DNA of 64,000 nt from NCBI RefSeq assembly GCF_963921235.1, contig NC_086097.1, positions 27,592,001-27,656,000 of the forward strand, given 5' to 3'. Shown here one piece after another: positions 53,786 through 64,000 of the stretch; the stretch's first letter is position 1, and each line of letters begins with the position of its first letter. The translations under genes and the position numbers were made by a program. The notes under the pieces were generated by a model, which made no database searches, was not told the origin of the DNA, and saw only the letters and a program-made list of their open reading frames with translations. This DNA is from Mobula hypostoma (taxonomy: Eukaryota).

Positions 53786-54813
53786 AAAATTATTCCCACT
53801 TGCCTTCATAGGATATTATTTTTCTATGCCTTGTCTATTTAAGAATATGTCCTTATGCCTGATTCCACAGTTCACTTTAGCATTCCAACTATCAATCACT
53901 GACTCTGTGAAATAACTTTCCCCTTAGATCCCTTTTTAAATTCCTCACACTCGTCCTATACCTATGTCCTCTTATTTATGATATATCTACAATGAATTCC
54001 GCTATCTATCCTATCTATGCCCCTCAGAATCCTATAACCTTATTCTGCTTCTTCTTTCATCACTTCCTTCAGGAAGTATGCACAAAGACCCTTCATCACT
54101 TCCTTTCTAGTCCTATGAAGGGCCTCAGCCCAAAACATTGACTGTTTATTCCCCTCCACACATGCTGCCTGACCTTCTGAGTTCCTTCAGTGTTGCAGTA
54201 TTAAAAACTCTCTCCAAAATCTCCATGCCCACAAACTTCAAACAGAACAAACCAGAAGCACAAACAAAGGTATATGAAGCCTGAGGTACAAAGCCTGCAA
54301 ACAGCTGGCAAGATGCAGTTTCAGTCCCTGAATTAGGTTATCAGGAGTATTCAGATTTTCCCGGCCCAAGCTGCAGCTTCTGTTAACATTACCACTTAAT
54401 GGACAATTAAGCAGTAAGAAACATTAGCATCTGAGAAAAAGCTCTTGCATTATATCTTACATGGTGGTACAAAAGTACGTCGTCACTGTCAATTAAACAG
54501 GTCCTATTTCATCGTCCTGAAAATAGAATGGCCCAGTTATTGTATAACTGTACAATTATTTATACAAACTACCAATCTACTATGGCAGTGATAATGAATA
54601 AGATATGTTATACGATAAAGATTACAGTATTATAGCCTGCAAGATAGTATGTATTTTTCTGCTATAATGCAGCCTAATTGCTGTAAGTAATTGCTAAATA
54701 ATTGCTGTAAATAGGGAAAAACCTTTTTACGGAAAAAACACCAGGGTGACATCAGCTTTGTTAGCTTTCCCACGTCCCTCAGTCGCTCACTCATCACACG
54801 CCCACTCACTCAC

Positions 54814-54973
54814 TCAATCTTCCAATGAATTTTCAGTCCTCTGTTCTCTTAGGTCCACTCCAGACATTTTCAAACCCACTGACAGCTGTTGTATCATAAA
54901 AGCATATCTGTCACGCTCAGGCTGAGCAGCAACTCCCATCTTGCACATTAGCGAGTACAGAAAAATCCTTCAA
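54814..54973 (-). other. Possible non-coding (5'UTR) exon of the host gene
   Basis: Unique sequence bounded by ctgtttttgtcag| and GA|gtgagtgagt, with stops in all three frames. It lies upstream of exon A on the same strand. Confidence 0.25.
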
Positions 54974-56969
54974 CTGACAAAAACAGATCTAACCTACACT
55001 TGAAATCATTCAGCACAGCCTGCAATGTAGAAATTCACAATTCTCTCCTACCTACTGTCTCAAGGAATAATGCCTGAACCAATAGACAGAGCAACACACA
55101 AAATGCTGGAGGAACTGAGCAGGTCAAGCAGCACCTATGGAGAGGAAAAAACAGACAACATTTTGAGCTGAGACCCTTCATCGGGACAGGAAAGGAAAGG
55201 AGCAGAAGCCGGAATAAGAAGGTGGGAAGAGGGGTAAGAATATACACTGGCAGGTGATAGGTGAGACCAGGTGAAGGGAAAGGTGAGTGGGTGGGGGAGG
55301 AAGGATGAAGTGAGGAGCTGGGAGATGATAGGTGGAAAAGGGAAAGGGCTGATAGGAGAGGACAGTGGAGCCTAGGAGAAAGACAAGGAGGAGGGGTACC
55401 AGAGGGGGATGATGGGCAGATGAGGAAAAGAGATTGGGTAAGAAGGGAGCCAGAGTGAGGAATGGAAAAAGAGAGAAGGGGGAGGGTATTAAATATTACT
55501 GGAAGTTAGGGATATTGGTGCAGCCTCACCCCAAAGGAAGTTCTATTTGACTCATGCCAACTAATCTATTTGTTACAGTCATACCTATTATTGTCCCAAA
55601 GTATCTTGTTTTCATTCTCAATATCTCTATCCCCCCTCAATGTGATCTGAAGTCCCAAGCCTATTTATAGTGCCAGCGATAGGTGAAAAAAGAGTATGTA
55701 CGTTCTCCCCATAAGTGAGTTTCCTCTGGGTGCTACAATATCCTCCCACATACCAAAGATGTACCGGTTAGAGTTAGTAATTTGTGGGCAACCTATGCTG
55801 GCACTGGAAGCTTGACCGTATTTGCGGGTTACTCCAAGCACGTATTTGGACTGTGTTGGTCGACTCAAATGACACATTTCACTGTACGGGTTGATGCTTC
55901 AAAGTCAAAGCCAAAGTAAATTTATTATCAAAGTATGTATATGTCACCGTATGCTTCTTTAAGATTCATTTTCTTGCTTTGATGTACATGTGACAAATAA
56001 AACTAATCCCTAATCTCTTTCAGTCCATATTCATATTCTTACTTTGAACTTTTTTTTCTTTTCACCATCTCTGTTGTGATGCAAACTTGAAAAGATTCAA
56101 ATTGTGTCTCTAGTTTTACTGGGTGGGTTCAACTCTGTTGTACTTCTAAGCAAGCACAGAATTGAATTCAATTCAGAGCAAACTGTTCCCCTTCCGTCTC
56201 TTTTTCATTCCTTCTGATCTACCAGGGTTCTCCTACACACACACCTAGCTTCCCACCCTCAGTCGCTCTGGGTATCCCCTCCCCCACTGTTCCCATCTGT
56301 CCTCCCTACCTCCCTCACTTGGTTCCATGCACCACCTTTCTCTCACATCAGATTTCACCATCTGCAGCCTTTCGTCAACTCCATCTATCACTGTTCAGCA
56401 TATGTCACTATTCCCAGTGCCCCCACCTCTCACACCTCTTCACCTGGATCCACCTATCACCTGACAAATCCCTGCCCCACCTCCAATCCTTCCCTCTACT
56501 CTCTCAGTCCAGATAAAAGGGTGTCGACACAAAACGTTGACTGTCCATTTTCCTCCATAGATGCTGCTTGACCCTCTGAGCTCCTCCAGCAGTCTGAGTG
56601 TTGCTCCAGACCAGCATCTGCAGTCTCTTGTGTCTCTAGAGCTGGAAAGTTTTGACTGAAAGGAAAAGCTGATGTACCATTCTCTACAGAAGAGCAAAGA
56701 GTGAATTAAAAGGTCTTTAAAATTTGAGAGCATTTGCCAGCCTCGACAAATAGAAATTGCAACCATTTGCAGGTATGTCCATGTATCAATACACAGTAAA
56801 TCCAACTTCTTTATTCTGCATGGAATGGGAATATGGAAACTGTTCCCACATGGAATACTTCATATATATTGTCCAATATATCAGAATCAGGTATATTATT
56901 GCTGACATATGTCATGAAATTTGTTGTTCTGTGGCAGCAATATGGTGTAATGCAAAAATATAATATAAA

Positions 56970-58065
56970 CTAGACAATGGGGTGACCCGCTGGGGCACCC
57001 TTTGAGAGAAGGGTAGCGCAGTCTGATGTGACCAGAATGTGCATTAAATTTTCCTGAATGCTATTGGTATCGCTTTGCTTTGGAAACTGAAGTAGAAAAC
57101 CTCAGTTTATTAAAGAAGAACAACGTGTAGCAAAGCAAATATAGCTCCTCCTCATTTAACGAAGGACACTTTTGATGGCATCATTTCTGGTTTATCTGCT
57201 ACCCTCGTGCCTCTCGTTGTCATTCTGCAGACATGCAGTCCTTTCATCCCCCATCTCTTCATCTCTCCTGCTGTTTGTTCTTTGTCTCTGATCCTGGAGA
57301 CGTGCATGCCTCTCCTCCTCTGTCTCTTCTTCTCTCATCTTTTTTTGTCCTGACTCTTTGATCCTGGAGTCGTACGGCCCTGGCCTCATCCGATTCTTGT
57401 TCTCTCCCTCTCTTTGCCGCTTCCCGACGACGTTTGGTGTCATCTCTTGACCATAATGTCCCCCTTCTCTTTCCAAGCAGCATAATTAGGCTGACCAATT
57501 TTTTTTTACCCTAATGCTAGATAGAAGATACGAAGCACTAACACCAAAGGATGCTGATTATTCTTGATGATGTGGTTGGCGCCCTCCTAAATGGACGTGA
57601 TATAGTCACCGCTGTCCTCTGACTGTAGCAAAGGGTTTTATGGGTGTCTCGAAGTATGTCATTACAATAAGATTTAATTATCTCTTATTGATGGGTGGCA
57701 GTTAGATCTGTCCCAATCCTGCACATGCTGATGGTGATTAGCAGAATGTGACCCCTCGAAATAGAGCTGCCCTGCCCTTTTGTTCCGGTAGGTGTCGCTG
57801 CTGAGGCTGGCTGTGCACATGCGTCGGGCTGTCGCGTCCCGATTTCCATGATGGCTGATCCGGTCTCAGGTGAAAGCTAGCGTGTTGATTTTTGGCAAAT
57901 GAGCAATTTTATATGAATATATAACCCTGAACTTTGCCTGCATTCTGTAAGTTAGCGCATTTTAATTTGATTTAGCCAAAAAAAGTGCCGCTGTAATGCA
58001 CCATTTGCGCTAATTGGAGGTCACAAACAGACAGACAGAGCACGAGAGTTTTAGTAGTATATAGA
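56970..58065 (-). mobile_element. Non-autonomous Helitron with STPR-like Rep-Hel N-terminal remnant
   Basis: Minus strand reads A|TCTATATACTACTAAAA ... GGGTGCCC-CAGC-GGGTCACCC hairpin, then CATTGT CTAG|T. Inserted between A and T with no TSD. Internal EETEEERHARLQDQRQR / DEEMGDERTACLQ repeats. Confidence 0.9.
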
Positions 58066-58872
58066 TTCCAATAAGGAAAAAATATAAATGCATATATATC
58101 CTGGCTGCGAGGTTTGCTGAAGCTACTTGAGAGAGTATAAACTAGCTTTGCAGGGGGCTGGGAACTGGAGCCCCAAATCAATAAGGGAAGGATTAGACCA
58201 GAGGTATTGAAAGGCAAAGTCAAAATAACAGGAATGATGGGCCAGATAGCTTTAAGTGTGTTTATTTTAATGCTAGGTGTACTATGGGTAAGAGTGATGA
58301 ACTTAGAGCATGGAACAGTGATTACTGAAACTTGGTTGCGAGTGGAAGGAAAGGGTGATTAACGTACCAGGTTTTTGAAGTTTCAGAAAAGATAGAGGAG
58401 GAGGTAAAAAGAGGGTGTGGAGTTGCACTACTAATCAGGGACAATATCACAGCTATACTCAGAGACATAATGGAGGGTTCAGACACTGAGTCCATTTGGG
58501 TGAAACTCGGGAATAGGATGGGTGCAACCACACTGATGGGATTGCACTACAGACCCCCTAATAGCCACTGGGACATTGAGGAACAGATATGTAATCAGAT
58601 TTTAAAAATGTGACAAAATAATAGGGTTGTTGTCATGGGGGATTTCTACTTCCCTAATCTAAACTGGGACCTTCTTAGTGTAAGGGGTTTAGATGGGGCT
58701 GAATATATTAAGTGTATCCTGGAAGGTTTCTTAAATCAATATGTGGCTGGTCCAACCAGAGCTGGGGCTGTACTGGACCTGGTGTTGGGTAATGAACTTG
58801 GCCAGGTGACTGACGTTTCAGTGGGTGAACACTGACCACAACTCCTTTACTTTCAGGATAGCTATATACTTG

Positions 58873-59082
58873 CAAACAACAGGAATTCTGCAGATGCTGG
58901 AAATTCAAGCAACACACATCAAAGTTGCTGGTGAACGCAGCAGGCCAGGCAGCATCTCTAGGAAGAGGTGCAGTCGACGTTTCAGGCCGAGACCCTTCGT
59001 CAGGACTCCTGATGAAGGGTCTCTGCCTGAAACATCGACTGCACCTCTGGCCTGCTGTGTTCACCAGCAACTTTGATGTGTG
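58873..59082. mobile_element. 210-bp palindromic PLE-derived mini-element with two opposed hammerhead motifs
   Basis: Exact 14-bp TSD tagctatatacttg at 58859-58872 and 59083-59096. Minus arm 58873-59007, plus arm 59008-59082. Confidence 0.92.
58971..59007 (-). ncRNA. Minimal type-I hammerhead ribozyme motif (best-preserved copy)
   Basis: AGUC-CUGACGA-A-GGGU(CUCG)GCCU-GAAA-CGUC^GACUG. Stem I AGUC/GACU, stem II with a G-U closing pair, palindromic ACGU stem III. Confidence 0.8.
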
Positions 59083-60383
59083 TAGCTATATACTTGGATA
59101 GGTATGGTCCAAGTTAAATTGGAGTAGGGTAAATTACAAGGACATTAAGTAGAAACTAAGAAGTATTAATTGGGAACACCTTTTTTCTGATGTCCACATC
59201 AGACTTGTGGAGGGTGTTTAAAGATCAATTGCACAGAGTACAGGAAAGGTATGCTCTTGCTAGAAGGAAGGATGGGGATGGGAAGATAAGAGAACATTGG
59301 ACATCCAGAGAGGTGATAAGTTTAGTCAAGAAGAAAAAGAAAAATAATGTAAAGCTTCAAATGTAAGATCAAACGAAGCATACGAAGTATAAAGACACCA
59401 GAAAAGAACTAAAGAAGGGGATTAGGAAAGGTAGGAGGGCCCATGAAAAGTCCTTGGCAAGTAGGATTAAGGTGAATCACAAGGCACTCTATACGTACAT
59501 CAAGAGCACAAGGATAACTAGGGAGAGGGTGAGACCACTCAAGGATAAAGGGAAGAACATTTGCTTGGACGCAGAGAATGTGAGTGAGGTACTTAATGAG
59601 TACTTTGCTTCAGTATTTACTAAGGAAAGGTGGATAACTCCCCAAGTCCTGATGGAATTTTCCCCAGGTTGTTGAAAGAGGTAAGAGATGAGATTGCTAG
59701 GCCCTTAACAAGTATTTTTCTTTTACCCTCTCTAGCCACAAGCAAGGTCCTAGAGAACTGGCGAGTGGCTATTGTTGTACCTCTATTTAATCCTGAGAAC
59801 TACAGACCAGCGAATCTCACGTCAGTTGTTGGGAAGTTGCTGGAGAAAATTCTGAGGGATAGGATATATTGAGCATTTAGAAACTCATGGCCTAATCAGG
59901 GAGAGCCAGCATGGCTTTGTGCGGGGCAGGCCGTGCCTTACCAACTTGATTGAGTTTTTTGACAAGGTGACAAGAGAGATTGATGAGAGTAGGGCAGTGG
60001 TTGTTGTCCACATGGATTTTAGTAAGCTGTTTGAAAAAGTCCCTCATGGGAGGCTAATCCAGAAGATTAAGATGCATGGGGATCCGTAGTGAAATGTCTG
60101 TTTGAATTCAGAACTGGCTTGTGCATAGAAGACACAGGGTAGTAGTTGCAGGGACTTACAAACGTTTGTACTTGAGATGAAAATCTATAAATAGTATATA
60201 AATATACTAAATATACTGTATATAAATGTCCTGAATGAAAATATAGATTGGTGAGTTAGTAGAGTTATGCCGAGACTGGTGGAGCTGTGGATAGTGTAGT
60301 AGACTGGCAAAGAATACAGTACGGTATAGATCAGTTGCAAATCTGCGCTGAGAAACGGCAAATGGAGTTTAACCCAGATAAAT

Positions 60384-61380
60384 AGGGATCTGTTCTGGGA
60401 CCACTCCTCTTTGTGATTTTTATAAATGACCTGGATGAAGGAGAATTAGGGTGGGTTAGTAAGTTTGCTGATGCCATAAAGGTTGGGGGTGTTGTGGATA
60501 GTCTGAAGGGTTGTCAGAGGTTTCAGTGGGACATCGATAGGATGCAGAACTGGGCTGAGAAGTGGCAGATGGACCAACCCACATAAGTGTGAAGTGGTTC
60601 ATTTTGGTAGGTCCAATTTGAAGGCAGAATATAATATAAATGGCAAGACTTGGCAGTGTGGAGGATCTGAGAGATCTTGGGGGCCGTGTTGACAGGACAC
60701 TCAAAGCTGCTGAGCAGATTGATAGTGTTGTTAAGAAGGCATATGGTGTGTTGGCATTCATCAGTTGTGGGATTGAGTTCAAGAGTCGTGAGGTAATGTT
60801 ACAGCTATATAAGACCTTGGTCAGACTCCACTTGGAGTACTGTGTTCATTTCTGCTCGACTCACCACAGGAAGGATACGGATACAGTATTACAGAGAGGG
60901 TGCAGAGGAGATTTACAAGGATGTTGCCTGGATTGGAGAGAGTACCTTTTAAGAATAGGTTCAGTGTAGTTGGCCTTTTCCCCTTGGAGCAACAGAGGAT
61001 GAGAGATGACCTGATAGAGGTGTTTAAAATGATGAGGGGCATTGATCGTGTGGATACCCAGACACTTTTCCCCAGGGCTGAAATGGCTAACATGAGGGGG
61101 CATAGTTTTAAGGTGCTTGGAAATAGGTACCAAGGGGATGTCAGGGGTAAGTATTTCACACAGAGTGGCGGGTGCGCGGAATGCACTGCCAGCGGCCGTT
61201 GGTGAAGTGGATACAATAGGGTCTTTTAAAAGCCTCTTAGATTGGTACATGGAGCTTAGAAAAATAGAAGGCTAGGCGCTAGGGAAATTCTAGGCAGTTT
61301 CTAGAGTAGATTACATGGTTGGCACAACATTGTAGGCTGAAGAGACTGTAATGTGCTGGAAATTTCTATATTCTATGTTC
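60384..61380 (+). mobile_element. 5'-truncated CR1 nested in CR1
   Basis: TSD taaat at 60379-60383 and 61381-61385. Starts at GSVLGPLLF and ends in (ttctatg)n. Confidence 0.88.
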
Positions 61381-61759
61381 TAAATGCGAGGTGTTGCACC
61401 TTAGAGGGTAAATGCAAGGAGCCAGTAACAGTGTTGCTGAGCAAAGAGATCTTGTGATCCAGTTCATTACTCCTTGAAAGTGGCTACGCAGGTCAACAGG
61501 GTGATTAAGAAGGCTTATGGAATGCGATCTTCTATTCTTTGAAGCATTGAGTTCAAAAATCAGGAGGGATATTGCAACTTTATAAAATCTGGTTGAGCCA
61601 CAAATGGACTATTGCACACAGTTCCGGTTGCCCCCCTATGGAAAGGACATTGAGGCACTGGAGAGGGTGCAGAAGAGGTTTACCAGGTTGCAGAGGGCAT
61701 GTGCTATTACAAGCGGCTGGATAAACTTGGACTGTTTTCTCTGGAGCGTCAGAGGCTGA

Positions 61760-63010
61760 CGCTGTTAGCCTGACATCAGTGGTTGGGAAGTTGTTGGAAT
61801 TGACTGTTAGGGATGAGCTTACAGAGTACCTGGAGGCACATGACAAGATAGGCCAAAGCCAGCATGGTTTCCTGAAAGGAAAATTCTGCCCGACTAACCT
61901 ACTGCAATTTTTTGAGAAATTACAAGCAGGGTAGACAAAGGAAATGCAGTAGATGTGATGTACTTGGATTTTCAGAAGACCCTTGACAAGGTGCCACGCA
62001 TGAGGCTGCTTAGCAGAAAACAGAGATTGGGAATAAAAGGGATCCTATTCTGGCTGGCTGCCGGTTACCAGTGGAGTTTCACAGGGGTCGGTGTTAGGAC
62101 CGCTGCTTTTTATGATGTACATCAATGATTTGGACTATGGGATTAACGGATTTGTGGTTAAATTTGCCGATGATACAAAGATAGGTGGAGGAGCGGGTAC
62201 TGCTGAGGAAACAGAGAGGCTGCAGAGAGACTTTGATAGTTCAGGGCAGTGGGCAAAGAAGTGACAAATGAAATACAATGTGGGAAAGTGTATGGTCATA
62301 CACTTTGGTGGAAGAAATAAACAGGGAGACTATTATTTAGATGGGGAGAGAATTCAAAATGCAGAGATGCAAAGGGACTTGGGAGTCCTTGTGCAGGATG
62401 CCCTAAAGGTTAACCTCCAGGCTCTATAAGGCACTTGTGAGACCGTACTTGGAGTATTGTGTGCAGTTTTGGGCTCCTTATTTTAGAAAGGATATACTGA
62501 CATTGGAGAAGATTCATGAAAATCATTCCAGCAATGAAAGGGTTACCGGATGAGGAACATCTGGTAGCTCTTGGGCTGTATTCCCTGGAGTTCAGGAGAA
62601 TGGGGGGGGGGGAAGAGGATCTCATAGAAACATTCTGAATGTTAAAAGGCCTGAACAGATTAGATATGGCAAAGTTATTTCCCATGGTAGGGGAGTCTAG
62701 GACAACAGGGCACGACTTCAGGATTGAAGGGCTTCCATTTAGAACTGAGATGCGGAGAAATTACATTAGTCAGAGGGTGGTAAATCTGTGGAATTTATTG
62801 CCACAAGCAGCAGTGGAAGCCAAGTCATTGGGTTTATTTAAGGCAGAGATAGATAGGTTCTTGATTGGCCAGGGCATCAAAGGGTATGGGGAGAAGGCAG
62901 GGGAGTGGGGATGACTGGGAGAATTGGATCAGCCCATGATTGAATGGTGGAGCAGACTCGATACGCCGAATGGCCTACTTCTGCTCCTTATCTTATGGTC
63001 TTATGGACAC
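61760..63010 (+). mobile_element. 5'-truncated CR1 (different subfamily)
   Basis: QHGFLKGKFCPTNLL, SGVSQGSVLGP and FADDTKIGG motifs, with the (cttatggt)n tail. Confidence 0.88.
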
Positions 63011-63754
63011 CCACCATCCACGTTCTGCTCTCTTTTTGCTATTACTATCAGGCAGGAGGTATAGGAGTCTCAGGACCCTGTCCTGTGGGGAACATGGCTT
63101 ACTTCGATTGTTGAAAGTCGCTTTGTCGTGATTCATTAGTTTAGAAACTGCAGCTGGTTTTCCCCTTGGAGAGCTGCCTGGTGTCTTGTTTCAAATATCC
63201 CAGGTATAAAATAGCATGTGGAAGGGGCTTGCTCTTTCCTCTTTTGTTTAGGACAAGCCATGCAATAACTATTTGGAAGGTATGCTTTGCGCGTATTTTT
63301 AACTCAGTATGTTGGTTGAATATTCAACTTTACCGTTTCTGTAACTTGGGGAACTTGAATGTTTGGTCAAATTTTTACTGTTTGTAAATCAATGATTAAT
63401 ATGCTAATTCACAGACAGTGTCTTCTGTCTCACTTGCCAGACCTGCAAACCTGATTCAACATTACATCTTGGCATTGCGAGCAGGGTATGGCTTTTTGAG
63501 GAGAAATGTATTTCTTTATATAACACTCTGGGAAAGATTTCACTGCTAACATAATGGTCTTTCACAGGTTTGGTGGGACCAGAGTGTGTATTCCCTAGAC
63601 TTACACAGATCAAGGAAACCGGGCTTTCATTTAAAACAGTGGACTCCCCACCCCCACCCCCGGCCGATATGAGAGATGCAGAATCCCAGGTTGGACAGAT
63701 AGTAGTGTGGGCTTTGGAAGTCTTGCCAACCTACTGATGGGTTATGGAATGTCT

Positions 63755-63912
63755 GTAACAAACAAGGGAAAATCTGCAGATGCTGGAAATGTGAGCAACA
63801 CACACAAAATGCTGGAGTAACTCAGCAGACCAGGCAGCATCTAGGAAAAGAGTACAGTCTATGTCTTGGGCCAAAACCCTTGAAGCCTGCTGAGTTCCTC
63901 CAACATTTTGTA
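63755..63912. mobile_element. Short inverted pair of PLE termini
   Basis: The minus arm ends in a degenerate hammerhead (cagtctatgtcttgggccaaaacccttg). The plus arm gcctgctgagttcctccaacattttgt follows. Confidence 0.7.
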
Positions 63913-64000
63913 TGGAATTGGTCAGGCCAGTTAGACATGCCAAGGTTGAAATGAGACACCACATTGTTTCCATACTTAAATTGTTAGGTTTTCCCAGGAG

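Larger units (their letters stand above)
58085..61760 (+). mobile_element. Long degenerate CR1 (endonuclease and RT) hosting nested insertions
   Basis: FKCVYFNAR, MGDFYFP, VLDLVL, DHNS and VGKLLEKILRDRIY. It resumes at 61381 after the nested CR1. Confidence 0.88.

Noticed and set aside
63440..63690. Plus-strand exon-like segments (also about 15095-15130, 15900-15962 and 56690-56772)
   Set aside because: Splice-like motifs exist, but donors are weak or all frames are closed, and I could not build a consistent chain.

Overview
This is eukaryotic genomic DNA, mostly transposon-derived and apparently intronic. The repeat landscape (dense CR1 LINEs, Rex1/Babar LINEs, V-type tRNA SINEs, Penelope-like elements) suggests a cartilaginous fish, probably a ray; this is inference. 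The only host-gene signal is four small minus-strand exons (44419-44384, 32273-32152, 23070-23021, 14605-14562) that splice in compatible phases into one 84-aa frame I cannot name. Nearly all long ORFs in the supplied track are retroelement RT/endonuclease pieces or their antisense shadows. The most notable structure is more than a dozen Penelope-like element (PLE) termini carrying a minimal type-I hammerhead ribozyme motif (CUGANGA-stem II-GAAA-CGUC). Several occur as inverted pairs bounded by 13-14 bp target-site duplications (TSDs), including a 210-bp non-coding palindromic unit with two opposed hammerheads (58873-59082). Also present: a complete non-autonomous Helitron (56970-58065), an R4/Dong-type RLE retrotransposon inserted in a (TAA)n tract (48387-50607), a 6-bp-TSD hAT element with a BED-finger remnant (20573-21130), a Gypsy remnant and Tc1, Tigger and hAT MITEs. 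Family assignments come from motif recognition by eye, not database searches. Boundaries of old repeats are approximate.
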